Shown here: positions 12,201 to 25,472 of the stretch, piece by piece
Position numbering within the stretch: position 1 is the stretch's first letter
Layout of the letters: every line of letters starts with the position of its first letter
Assembly (NCBI GenBank): GCA_040954595.2
Contig: CM082592.2
Coordinates: 8,233,677-8,297,676, forward strand
Length of the DNA stretch: 64,000 nucleotides
Origin: Balanoglossus misakiensis
Lineage: Eukaryota; Animalia; Hemichordata
Direction of reading: 5' to 3'
Notes under the pieces: generated by a model
What the model saw: the letters and a program-made list of their open reading frames with translations, nothing else
Told to the model about the DNA's origin: nothing
Database searches by the model: none
Position numbers and translations under genes: made by a program

Positions 12201-15200
12201 ATGGGTTATAGCTCAGGAAAATGTTCAAAAATCGAGGATTTTTCGACTTTGCGAATTTTCAAAATTTGGTCATTTTTTGAAAAAACCATGGGTTATAGCT
12301 CAGGAAAATGTTCAAAAATCGAGGATTTTTCGACTTTGCGAATTTTCAAAATTTGGTCATTTTTTGAAAAAACCATGGGTTATAGCTCAGGAAAATGTTC
12401 AAAAATCGAGGATTTTTCGACTTTGCGAATTTTCAAAATTTGGTCATTTTTTGAAAAAACCATGGGTTATAGCTCAGGAAAATGTTCAAAAATCGAGGAT
12501 TTTTCGACTTTGCGAATTTTCAAAATTTGGTCATTTTTTGAAAAAACCATGGGTTATAGCTCAGGAAAATGTTCAAAAATCGAGGATTTTTCGACTTTGC
12601 GAATTTTCAAAATTTGGTCATTTTTTGAAAAAACCATGGGTTATAGCTCAGGAAAATGTTCAAAAATCGAGGATTTTTCGACTTTGCGAATTTTCAAAAT
12701 TTGGTCATTTTTTGAAAAAACCATGGGTTATAGCTCAGGAAAATGTTCAAAAATCGAGGATTTTTCGACTTTGCGAATTTTCAAAATTTGGTCATTTTTT
12801 GAAAAAAACCATGGGTTATAGCTTAGGAAAATGTTCAAAAATCGAAGATTTTTCGACATTGCGAATTTTCAAAATTTGGTCATTTTTTGAAAAAACCATG
12901 GGTTATAGCTCAGGAAAATGTTCAAAAATCGACGATTTTTCGACTTTGCGAATTTTTTAAAATTTGGTCATTTTTTGAAAAAACCATGGGTTATAGCTCA
13001 GGAAAATGTTCAAAAATCGAGGATTTTTCGACTTTGCGAATTTTCAAAATTTGGTCATTTTTTGAAAAAACCATGGGTTAAAGCTCAGGAAAATGTTCAA
13101 AAATCGAGGATTTTTCGACTTTGCGAATTTTCAAAATTTGGTCATTTTTTGAAAAAACCATGGGTTATAGCTCAGGAAAATTTTCAAAAATCGAGGATTT
13201 TTCGACTTTGCGAATTTTCAAAATTTGGTCATTTTTTGAAAAAACCATGGGTTATAGCTCAGGAAAATGTTCAAAAATCGAGGATTTTTCGACTTTGCGA
13301 ATTTTCAAAATTTGGTCATTTTTTGAAAAAACCATGGGTTATAGCTCAGGAAAATGTTCAAAAATCGAGGATTTTTCGACTTTGCGAATTTTCAAAATTT
13401 GGTCATTTTTTGAAAAAACCATGGGTTATAGCTCAGGAAAATGTTCAAAAATCGAGGATTTTTCGACTTTGCGAATTTTCAAAATTTGGTCATTTTTTGA
13501 AAAAACCATGGGTTATAGCTCAGGAAAATGTTCAAAAATCGAGGATTTTTCGACTTTGCGAATTTTCAAAATTTGGTCATTTTTTGAAAAAACCATGGGT
13601 TATAGCTCAGGAAAATGTTCAAAAATCGAGGATTTTTCGACTTTGCGAATTTTCAAAATTTGGTCATTTTTTGAAAAAACCATGGGTTATAGCTCAGGAA
13701 AATGTTCAAAAATCGAGGATTTTTCGACTTTGCGAATTTTCAAAATTTGGTCATTTTTTGAAAAAACCATGGGTTATAGCTCAGGAAAATGTTCAAAAAT
13801 CGAGGATTTTTCGACTTTGCGAATTTTCAAAATTTGGTCATTTTTTGAAAAAACCATGGGTTATAGCTCAGGAAAATGTTCAAAAATCGAGGATTTTTCG
13901 ACTTTGCGAATTTTCAAAATTTGGTCATTTTTTGAAAAAACCATGGGTTATAGCTCAGGAAAATGTTCAAAAATCGAGGATTTTTCGACTTTGCGAATTT
14001 TCAAAATTTGGTCATTTTTTGAAAAAAACCATGGGTTATAGCTTAGGAAAATGTTCAAAAATCGAAGATTTTTCGACATTGCGAATTTTCAAAATTTGGT
14101 CATTTTTTGAAAAAACCATGGGTTATAGCTCAGGAAAATGTTCAAAAATCGACGATTTTTCGACTTTGCGAATTTTTTAAAATTTGGTCATTTTTTGAAA
14201 AAACCATGGGTTATAGCTCAGGAAAATGTTCAAAAATCGAGGATTTTTCGACTTTGCGAATTTTCAAAATTTGGTCATTTTTTGAAAAAACCATGGGTTA
14301 AAGCTCAGGAAAATGTTCAAAAATCGAGGATTTTTCGACTTTGCGAATTTTCAAAATTTGGTCATTTTTTGAAAAAACCATGGGTTATAGCTCAGGAAAA
14401 TGTTCAAAAATCGAGGATTTTTCGACTTTGCGAATTTTCAAAATTTGGTCATTTTTTGAAAAAACCATGGGTTATAGCTCAGGAAAATGTTCAAAAATCG
14501 AGGATTTTTCGACTTTGCGAATTTTCAAAATTTGGTCATTTTTTGAAAAAACCATGGGTTATAGCTCAGGAAAATGTTCAAAAATCAAAGATTTTTCGAC
14601 ATTGCGAATTTTCAAAATTTGGTCATTTTTTGAAAAAACCATGGGTTATAGCTCAGGAAAATGTTCAAAAATCGAGGATTTTTCGACTTTGCGAATTTTC
14701 AAAATTTGGTCATTTTTTGAAAAAACCATGGGTTATAGCTCAGGAAAATGTTCAAAAATCAAAGATTTTTCGACATTGCGAATTTTCAAAATTTGGTCAT
14801 TTTTTGAAAAAACCATGGGTTATAGCTCAGGAAAATGTTCAAAAATCGAGGATTTTTCGACATTGCGAATTTTCAAAATTTGGTCATTTTTTGAAAAAAC
14901 CATGGGTTATAGCTCAGGAAAATGTTCAAAAATCGAGGATTTTTCGACTTTGCGAATTTTCAAAATTTGGTCATTTTTTGAAAAAACCATGGGTTATAGC
15001 TCAGGAAAATGTTCAAAAATCGAGGATTTTTCGACTTTGCGAATTTTCAAAATTTGGTCATTTTTTGAAAAAACCATGGGTTATAGCTCAGGAAAATGTT
15101 CAAAAATCGACGATTTTTCGACTTTGCGAATTTTCAAAATTTGGTCATTTTTTGAAAAAACCATGGGTTATAGCTCAGGAAAATGTTCAAAAATCGAGGA

Positions 15201-18200
15201 TTTTTCGACTTTGCGAATTTTCAAAATTTGGTCATTTTTTGAAAAAACCATGGGTTATATAGCTCAGGAAAATGTTCAAAAATCGAGGATTTTTCGACTT
15301 TGCGAATTTTCAAAATTTGGTCATTTTTTGAAAAAACCATGGGTTATAGCTCAGGAAAATGTTCAAAAATCGAGAATTTTTCGACTTTGCGAATTTTCAA
15401 AATTTGGTCATTTTTTGAAAAAACCATGGGTTATAGCTCAGGAAAATGTTCAAAAATCGACGATTTTTCGACTTTGCGAATTTTCAAAATTTGGTCATTT
15501 TTTGAAAAAACCATGGGTTATAGCTCAGGAAAATGTTCAAAAATCGAGGATTTTTCGACTTTGCGAATTTTCAAAATTTGGTCATTTTTTGAAAAAACCA
15601 TGGGTTATAGCTCAGGAAAATGTTCAAAAATCGAGGATTTTTCGACTTTGCAAATTTTCAAAATTTGGTCATTTTTTGAAAAAACCATGGGTTATAGCTC
15701 AGGAAAATGTTCAAAAATCGAGGATTTTTCGACTTTGCGAATTTTCAAAATTTGGTCATTTTTTGAAAAAACCATGGGTTATAGCTCAGGAAAATGTTCA
15801 AAAATCGAGGATTTTTCGACTTTGCGAATTTTCAAAATTTGGTCATTTTTTGAAAAAAACATGGGTTATAGCTCAGGAAAATGTTCAAAAATCAAAGATT
15901 TTTCGACATTGCGAATTTTCAAAATTTGGTCATTTTTTGAAAAAACCATGGGTTATAGCTCAGGAAAATGTTCAAAAATCGAGGATTTTTCGACATTGCG
16001 AATTTTCAAAATTTGGTCATTTTTTGAAAAAACCATGGGTTATAGCTCAGGAAAATGTTCAAAAATCGAGGATTTTTCGACTTTGCGAATTTTCAAAATT
16101 TGGTCATTTTTTGAAAAAACCATGGGTTATAGCTCAGGAAAATGTTCAAAAATCGAGGATTTTTCGACTTTGCGAATTTTCAAAATTTGGTCATTTTTTG
16201 AAAAAACCATGGGTTATAGCTCAGGAAAATGTTCAAAAATCGAGGATTTTTCGACTTTGCGAATTTTCAAAATTTGGTCATTTTTTGAAAAAACCATGGG
16301 TTATAGCTCAGGAAAATGTTCAAAAATCGAGGATTTTTCGACTTTGCGAATTTTCAAAATTTGGTCATTTTTTGAAAAAACCATGGGTTATAGCTCAGGA
16401 AAATGTTCAAAAATCGAGGATTTTTCGACTTTGCGAACTTTCAAAATTTTGTCATTTTTTAAAAAAAACCATGGGTTATAGCTCAGGAAAATGTTCAAAA
16501 ATCGAGGATTTTTCGACTTTGCGAATTTTCAAAATTTGGTCATTTTTTGAAAAAACCATGGGTTATAGCTCAGGAAAATGTTCAAAAATCGAGGATTTTT
16601 CGACTTTGCGAATTTTCAAAATTTGGTCATTTTTTGAAAAAACCATGGGTTATAGCTCAGGAAAATGTTCAAAAATCGAGGATTTTTCGACTTTGCGAAT
16701 TTTCAAAATTTGGTCATTTTTTGAAAAAACCATGGGTTATAGCTCAGGAAAATGTTCAAAAATCGAGGATTTTTCGACTTTGCGAATTTTCAAAATTTGG
16801 TCATTTTTTGAAAAAAACATGGGTTATAGCTCAGGAAAATGTTCAAAAATCGACGATTTTTCGACTTTGCGAATTTTCAAAATTTGGTCATTTTTTGAAA
16901 AAAACCATGGGTTATAGCTCAGGAAAATGTTCAAAAATCGAGGATTTTTCGACTTTGCGAATTTTCAAAATTTGGTCATTTTTTGAAAAAAACATGGGTT
17001 ATAGCTCAGGAAAATGTTCAAAAATCGAGGATTTTTCGACTTTGCGAATTTTCAAAATTTGGTCATTTTTTGAAAAAACCATGGGTTATAGCTCAGGAAA
17101 ATGTTCAAAAATCGAGGATTTTTCGACTTTGCGAATTTTCAAAATTTGGTCATTTTTTGAAAAAACCATGGGTTATAGCTCAGGAAAATGTTCAAAAATC
17201 GAGGATTTTTCGACTTTGCGAATTTTCAAAATTTGGTCATTTTTTGAAAAAACCATGGGTTATAGCTCAGGAAAATGTTCAAAAATCGAGGATTTTTCGA
17301 CTTTGCGAATTTTCAAAATTTGGTCATTTTTTGAAAAAAACATGGGTTATAGCTCAGGAAAATGTTCAAAAATCGAGGATTTTTCGACTTTGCGAATTTT
17401 CAAAATTTGGTCATTTTTTGAAAAAACCATGGGTTATAGCTCAGGAAAATGTTCAAAAATCGAGGATTTTTCGACTTTGCGAATTTTCAAAATTTGGTCA
17501 TTTTTTGAAAAAACCATGGGTTATAGCTCAGGAAAATGTTCAAAAATCGAGGATTTTTCGACTTTGCGAATTTTCAAAATTTGGTCATTTTTTGAAAAAA
17601 CCATGGGTTATAGCTCAGGAAAATGTTCAAAAATCGAGGATTTTTCGACTTTGCGAATTTTCAAAATTTGGTCATTTTTTGAAAAAAACATGGGTTATAG
17701 CTCAGGAAAATGTTCAAAAATCGACGATTTTTCGACTTTGCGAATTTTCAAAATTTGGTCATTTTTTGAAAAAAACCATGGGTTATAGCTCAGGAAAATG
17801 TTCAAAAATCGAGGATTTTTCGACTTTGCGAATTTTCAAAATTTGGTCATTTTTTGAAAAAAACATGGGTTATAGCTCAGGAAAATGTTCAAAAATCGAG
17901 GATTTTTCGACTTTGCGAATTTTCAAAATTTGGTCATTTTTTGAAAAAACCATGGGTTATAGCTCAGGAAAATGTTCAAAAATCGAGGATTTTTCGACTT
18001 TGCGAATTTTCAAAATTTGGTCATTTTTTGAAAAAACCATGGGTTATAGCTCAGGAAAATGTTCAAAAATCGAGGATTTTTCGACTTTGCGAATTTTCAA
18101 AATTTGGTCATTTTTTGAAAAAACCATGGGTTATAGCTCAGGAAAATGTTCAAAAATCGAGGATTTTTCGACTTTGCGAATTTTCAAAATTTGGTCATTT

Positions 18201-21200
18201 TTTGAAAAAAACATGGGTTATAGCTCAGGAAAATGTTCAAAAATCGAGGATTTTTCGACTTTGCGAATTTTCAAAATTTGGTCATTTTTTGAAAAAACCA
18301 TGGGTTATAGCTCAGGAAAATGTTCAAAAATCGAGGATTTTTCGACTTTGCGAATTTTCAAAATTTGGTCATTTTTTGAAAAAACCATGGGTTATAGCTC
18401 AGGAAAATGTTCAAAAATCGAGGATTTTTCGACTTTGCGAATTTTCAAAATTTGGTCATTTTTTGAAAAAACCATGGGTTATAGCTCAGGAAAATGTTCA
18501 AAAATCGAGGATTTTTCGACTTTGCGAATTTTCAAAATTTGGTCATTTTTTGAAAAAACCATGGGTTATAGCTCAGGAAAATGTTCAAAAATCGAGGATT
18601 TTTCGACTTTGCGAATTTTCAAAATTTGGTCATTTTTTGAAAAAACCATGGGTTATAGCTCAGGAAAATGTTCAAAAATCGACGATTTTTCGACTTTGCG
18701 AATTTTCAAAATTTGGTCATTTTTTGAAAAAACCATGGGTTATAGCTCAGGAAAATGTTCAAAAATCGAGGATTTTTCGACTTTGCGAATTTTCAAAATT
18801 TGGTCATTTTTTGAAAAAACCATGGGTTATAGCTCAGGAAAATGTTCAAAAATCGAGGATTTTTCGACTTTGCGAATTTTCAAAATTTGGTCATTTTTTG
18901 AAAAAACCATGGGTTATAGCTCAGGAAAATGTTCAAAAATCGAGGATTTTTCGACTTTGCGAATTTTCAAAATTTGGTCATTTTTTGAAAAAACCATGGG
19001 TTATAGCTCAGGAAAATGTTCAAAAATCGAGGATTTTTCGACTTTGCGAATTTTCAAAATTTGGTCATTTTTTGAAAAAACCATGGGTTATAGCTCAGGA
19101 AAATGTTCAAAAATCGAGGATTTTTCGACTTTGCGAATTTTCAAAATTTGGTCATTTTTTGAAAAAACCATGGGTTATAGCTCAGGAAAATGTTCAAAAA
19201 TCGAGGATTTTTCGACTTTGCGAATTTTCAAAATTTGGTCATTTTTTGAAAAAACCATGGGTTATAGCTCAGGAAAATGTTCAAAAATCGAGGATTTTTC
19301 GACTTTGCGAATTTTCAAAATTTGGTCATTTTTTGAAAAAACCATGGGTTATAGCTCAGGAAAATGTTCAAAAATCGACGATTTTTCGACTTTGCGAATT
19401 TTCAAAATTTGGTCATTTTTTGAAAAAACCATGGGTTATAGCTCAGGAAAATGTTCAAAAATCGACGATTTTTCGACTTTGCGAATTTTCAAAATTTGGT
19501 CATTTTTTGAAAAAACTATGGGTTATAGCTCAGGAAAATGTTCAAAAATCGAGGATTTTTCGACTTCGCGAATTTTCAAAATTTGGTCATTTTTTGAAAA
19601 AACCATGGGTTATAGCTCAGGAAAATGTTCAAAAATCGACGATTTTTCGACTTTGCGAATTTTCAAAATTTGGTCATTTTTTGAAAAAACCATGGGTTAT
19701 AGCTCAGGAAAATGTTCAAAAATCGAGGATTTTTCGACTTTGCGAATTTTCAAAATTTGGTCATTTTTTGAAAAAACCATGGGTTATAGCTCAGGAAAAT
19801 GTTCAAAAATCGAGGATTTTTCGACTTTGCGAATTTTCAAAATTTGGTCATTTTTTGAAAAAACCATGGGTTACAGCTCAGGAAAATGTTCAAAAATCGA
19901 GGATTTTTCGACTTTGCGAATTTTCAAAATTTGGTCATTTTTTGAAAAAACCATGGGTTATAGCTCAGGAAAATGTTCAAAAATCGAGGATTTTTCGACT
20001 TTGCGAATTTTCAAAATTTGGTCATTTTTTGAAAAAACCATGGGTTATAGCTCAGGAAAATGTTCAAAAATCGAGGATTTTTCGACTTTGCGAATTTTCA
20101 AAATTTGGTCATTTTTTGAAAAAACCATGGGTTATAGCTCAGGAAAATGTTCAAAAATCGAGGATTTTTCGACTTTGCGAATTTTCAAAATTTGGTCATT
20201 TTTTGAAAAAACCATGGGTTATAGCTCAGGAAAATGTTCAAAAATCGAGGATTTTTCGACTTTGCGAATTTTCAAAATTTGGTCATTTTTTGAAAAAACC
20301 ATGGGTTATAGCTCAGGAAAATGTTCAAAAATCGAGGATTTTTCGACTTTGCGAATTTTCAAAATTTGGTCATTTTTTGAAAAAACCATGGGTTATAGCT
20401 CAGGAAAATGTTCAAAAATCGAGGATTTTTCGACTTTGCGAATTTTCAAAATTTGGTCATTTTTTGAAAAAACCATGGGTTATAGCTCAGGAAAATGTTC
20501 AAAAATCGAGGATTTTTCGACTTTGCGAATTTTCAAAATTTGGTCATTTTTTGAAAAAACCATGGGTTATAGCTCAGGAAAATGTTCAAAAATCGAGGAT
20601 TTTTCGACTTTGCGAATTTTCAAAATTTGGTCATTTTTTGAAAAAACCATGGGTTATAGCTCAGGAAAATGTTCAAAAATCGAGGATTTTTCGACTTTGC
20701 GAATTTTCAAAATTTGGTCATTTTTTGAAAAAACCATGGGTTATAGCTCAGGAAAATGTTCAAAAATCGACGATTTTTCGACTTTGCGAATTTTCAAAAT
20801 TTGGTCATTTTTTGAAAAAACTATGGGTTATAGCTCAGGAAAATGTTCAAAAATCGAGGATTTTTCGACTTTGCGAATTTTCAAAATTTGGTCATTTTTT
20901 GAAAAAACCATGGGTTATAGCTCAGGAAAATGTTCAAAAATCGAGGATTTTTCGACTTTGCGAATTTTCAAAATTTGGTCATTTTTTGAAAAAACCATGG
21001 GTTACAGCTCAGGAAAATGTTCAAAAATCGAGGATTTTTCGACTTTGCGAATTTTCAAAATTTGGTCATTTTTTGAAAAAACCATGGGTTACAGCTCAGG
21101 AAAATGTTCAAAAATCGAGGATTTTTCGACTTTGCGAATTTTCAAAATTTGGTCATTTTTTGAAAAAACCATGGGTTATAGCTCAGGAAAATGTTCAAAA

Positions 21201-24200
21201 ATCGAGGATTTTTCGACTTTGCGAATTTTCAAAATTTGGTCATTTTTTGAAAAAACCATGGGTTATAGCTCAGGAAAATGTTCAAAAATCGAGGATTTTT
21301 CGACTTTGCGAATTTTCAAAATTTGGTCATTTTTTGAAAAAACCATGGGTTATAGCTCAGGAAAATGTTCAAAAATCGAGGATTTTTCGACTTTGCGAAT
21401 TTTCAAAATTTGGTCATTTTTTGAAAAAACCATGGGTTATAGCTCAGGAAAATGTTCAAAAATCGAGGATTTTTCGACTTTGCGAATTTTCAAAATTTGG
21501 TCATTTTTTGAAAAAACCATGGGTTATAGCTCAGGAAAATGTTCAAAAATCGAGGATTTTTCGACTTTGCGAATTTTCAAAATTTGGTCATTTTTTGAAA
21601 AAACCATGGGTTATAGCTCAGGAAAATGTTCAAAAATCGAGGATTTTTCGACTTTGCGAATTTTCAAAATTTGGTCATTTTTTGAAAAAACCATGGGTTA
21701 TAGCTCAGGAAAATGTTCAAAAATCGAGGATTTTTCGACTTTGCGAATTTTCAAAATTTGGTCATTTTTTGAAAAAACCATGGGTTATAGCTCAGGAAAA
21801 TGTTCAAAAATCGACGATTTTTCGACTTTGCGAATTTTCAAAATTTGGTCATTTTTTGAAAAAACCATGGGTTATAGCTCAGGAAAATGTTCAAAAATCG
21901 AGGATTTTTCGACTTTGCGAATTTTCAAAATTTGGTCATTTTTTGAAAAAACCATGGGTTATAGCTCAGGAAAATGTTCAAAAATCGACGATTTTTCGAC
22001 TTTGCGAATTTTCAAAATTTTGTCATTTTTTGAAAAAACCATGGGTTATAGCTCAGGAAAATGTTCAAAAATCGAGGATTTTTCGACTTTGCGAATTTTC
22101 AAAATTTGGTCATTTTTTGAAAAAACCATGGGTTACAGCTCAGGAAAATGTTCAAAAATCGACGATTTTTCGACTTTGCGAATTTTCAAAATTTGGTCAT
22201 TTTTTGAAAAAACCATGGGTTACAGCTCAGGAAAATGTTCAAAAATCGACGATTTTTCGACTTTGCGAATTTTCAAAATTTGGTCATTTTTTGAAAAAAC
22301 CATGGGTTATAGCTCAGGAAAATGTTCAAAAATCGAGGATTTTTCGACTTTGCGAATTTTCAAAATTTGGTCATTTTTTGAAAAAACCATGGGATATAGC
22401 TCAGGAAAATGTTCAAAAATCGAGAATTTTTCGACTTTGCGAATTTTCAAAATTTGGTCATTTTTTGAAAAAACCATGGGTTATAGCTCAGGAAAATGTT
22501 CAAAAATCGAGGATTTTTCGACTTTGCGAATTTTCAAAATTTGGTCATTTTTTGAAAAAACCATGGGTTATAGCTCAGGAAAATGTTCAAAAATCGAGGA
22601 TTTTTCGACTTTGCGAATTTTCAAAATTTGGTCATTTTTTGAAAAAACCATGGGTTATAGCTCAGGAAAATGTTCAAAAATCGAGGATTTTTCGACTTTG
22701 CGAATTTTCAAAATTTGGTCATTTTTTGAAAAAACCATGGGTTATAGCTCAGGAAAATGTTCAAAAATCGAGGATTTTTCGACTTTGCGAATTTTCAAAA
22801 TTTGGTCATTTTTTGAAAAAACCATGGGTTATAGCTCAGGAAAATGTTCAAAAATCGAGGATTTTTCGACTTTGCGAATTTTCAAAATTTGGTCATTTTT
22901 TGAAAAAACCATGGGTTATAGCTCAGGAAAATGTTCAAAAATCGACGATTTTTCGACTTTGCGAATTTTCAAAATTTGGTCATTTTTTGAAAAAACCATG
23001 GGTTATAGCTCAGGAAAATGTTCAAAAATCGACGATTTTTCGACTTTGCGAATTTTCAAAATTTGGTCATTTTTTGAAAAAACCATGGGTTATAGCTCAG
23101 GAAAATGTTCAAAAATCGACGATTTTTCGACTTTGCGAATTTTCAAAATTTTGTCATTTTTTGAAAAAACCATGGGTTATAGCTCAGGAAAATGTTCAAA
23201 AATCGAGGATTTTTCGACTTTGCGAATTTTCAAAATTTTGTCATTTTTTGAAAAAACCATGGGTTATAGCTCAGGAAAATGTTCAAAAATCGAGGATTTT
23301 TCGACTTTGCGAATTTTCAAAATTTGGTCATTTTTTGAAAAAAACCATGGGTTATAGCTCAGGAAAATGTTCAAAAATCGACGATTTTTCGACTTTGCGA
23401 ATTTTCAAAATTTGGTCATTTTTTGAAAAAACCATGGGTTATAGCTCAGGAAAATGTTCAAAAATCGACGATTTTTCGACTTTGCGAATTTTCAAAATTT
23501 GGTCATTTTTTGAAAAAACCATGGGTTATAGCTCAGGAAAATGTTCAAAAATCGACGATTTTTCGACTTTGCGAATTTTCAAAATTTGGTCATTTTTTGA
23601 AAAAACCATGGGTTATAGCTCAGGAAAATGTTCAAAAATCGAGGATTTTTCGACTTTGCGAATTTTCAAAATTTTGTCATTTTTTGAAAAAACCATGGGT
23701 TATAGCTCAGGAAAATGTTCAAAAATCGAGGATTTTTCGACTTTGCGAATTTTCAAAATTTGGTCATTTTTTGAAAAAACCATGGGTTATAGCTCAGGAA
23801 AATGTTCAAAAATCGACGATTTTTCGACTTTGCGAATTTTCAAAATTTGGTCATTTTTTGAAAAAATCATGGGTTATAGCTCAGGAAAATGTTCAAAAAT
23901 CGACGATTTTTCGACTTTGCGAATTTTCAAAATTTGGTCATTTTTTGAAAAAAACCATGGGTTATAGCTCAGGAAAATGTTCAAAAATCGAGGATTTTTC
24001 GACTTTGCGATTTTTCAAAATTTGGTCATTTTTTGAAAAAACCATGGGTTATAGCTCAGGAAAATGTTCAAAAATCGAGGATTTTTCGACTTTGCGAATT
24101 TTCAAAATTTGGTCATTTTTTGAAAAAACCATGGGTTATAGCTCAGGAAAATGTTCAAAAATCGATGATTTTTCGACTTTGCGAATTTTCAAAATTTGGT

Positions 24201-24680
24201 CATTTTTTGAAAAAACCATGGGTTATAGCTCAGGAAAATGTTCAAAAATCGAGGATTTTTCGACTTTGCGAATTTTCAAAATTTGGTCATTTTTTGAAAA
24301 AACCATGGGTTATAGCTCAGGAAAATGTTCAAAAATCGAGGATTTTTCGACTTTGCGAATTTTCAAAATTTGGTCATTTTTTGAAAAAACCATGGGTTAT
24401 AGCTCAGGAAAATGTTCAAAAATCGAGGATTTTTCGACTTTGCGAATTTTCAAAATTTGGTCATTTTTTGAAAAAACCATGGGTTATAGCTCAGGAAAAT
24501 GTTCAAAAATCGAGGATTTTTCGACTTTGCGAATTTTCAAAATTTGGTCATTTTTTGAAAAAACCATGGGTTATAGCTCAGGAAAATCGTCAAAAAATGA
24601 CAATTTTTCGACTTTGCGAATTTTCAAAATTTCTTCATTTTTTCGAAAAAAGCATGGGTTATGATTTTTTTCAAAAAATG
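6250..24680. repeat. 87-bp tandem satellite array, ~210 units, ~18.4 kb
   Basis: Consensus CCATGGGTTATAGCTCAGGAAAATGTTCAAAAATCGAGGATTTTTCGACTTTGCGAATTTTCAAAATTTGGTCATTTTTTGAAAAAA (87 nt), repeated head-to-tail, near-identical from ~6710 to ~24580 and degenerate at both edges. Confidence 0.99.
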
Positions 24681-24711
24681 AAAATTGCTCATCGTACATT
24701 CACATGCACGA

Positions 24712-24811
24712 TTCATCCATCCATCCATCCACTCACTCACTCACCCATCCATCCATCCATCCCAACCATCCATCCATCAGTCCATTCATTCATTCATTCA
24801 TCCATTCATCC
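24712..24811. repeat. (CCAT/CATT/CACT)n tetranucleotide microsatellite abutting the satellite
   Basis: ttcatccatccatccatccactcactcactcacccatccatccatccat...cattcattcattcattcatccattcatcc. Confidence 0.9.
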
Positions 24812-24885
24812 CAATACAGTTCAAATCATGCTTTATAATAAACAGAACCGTCGTGTGTTGTTTTTCAAAAGCAAACAATGATAGC

Positions 24886-24891
24886 TTTATT
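24886..24891 (-). terminator. Candidate poly(A) signal of the PLXDC-like gene
   Basis: tttatt on + (AATAAA on -) about 580 nt downstream of the stop at 25473. Confidence 0.45.
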
Positions 24892-25472
24892 CGAAAGTGT
24901 TTTGTACAGTGTTCTTGCAATATTAAAGAAATAAAACAGACAGGATATTCATTTTTTGTATTCTATAAAACGGTAAGGCCTACGTCATATTTGCAAACTA
25001 AAAAGTGTATTTTTTTTACAAAAATACTACTAGATTGCAAATTTTTAAACAGAAGTAGATAAAAATAGACGATTCTCGATAGTCTAGTGAACAGATACCC
25101 CTGAAGCTTACAAAATGCTTATTTACAAAAATGGGTACGTACAAATTGCAGAATAATCCTTGGTTACTCAATATTTTGAAGTCGTATCGCGGCAACTACG
25201 ATTTGATGGGTCCGTCGAAATCTGAATGACGTCATTAAGTGGTACGCGTACAAGTACATTCAAAGATGGACGTCCAAACATGGCGGCGTGATAAATTAGA
25301 ACAGCCTCAGCATCGTCGCCTTTGGAGATCCTGGGGCGCCGCCGCCGCTACACAGTTGGTTGCTCAAGGTGCAGAGTCAGTGGAGGAAAGACAAATCAAC
25401 ACGATGGTCATCAAGGGACGCCCGCCACCACACAGACACAAGAATCGGCACTTGGTCACGTGATCCGGCTGC

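Noticed and set aside
6250-24680. CRISPR array
   Set aside because: No unique spacers, units are contiguous near-identical copies, eukaryotic context, no cas genes.
6187-24831. AATCATGC direct repeat at 6187-6194 and 24824-24831 as an 8-bp target-site duplication
   Set aside because: No terminal inverted repeats inside it; an 8-mer match is plausible by chance in AT-rich flanks.
6484-24881. Very long ORFs (up to 2124 aa) as genuine repeat proteins
   Set aside because: They result from an 87-bp unit with two stop-free frames; single-base indels and stop-creating variants occur without constraint.
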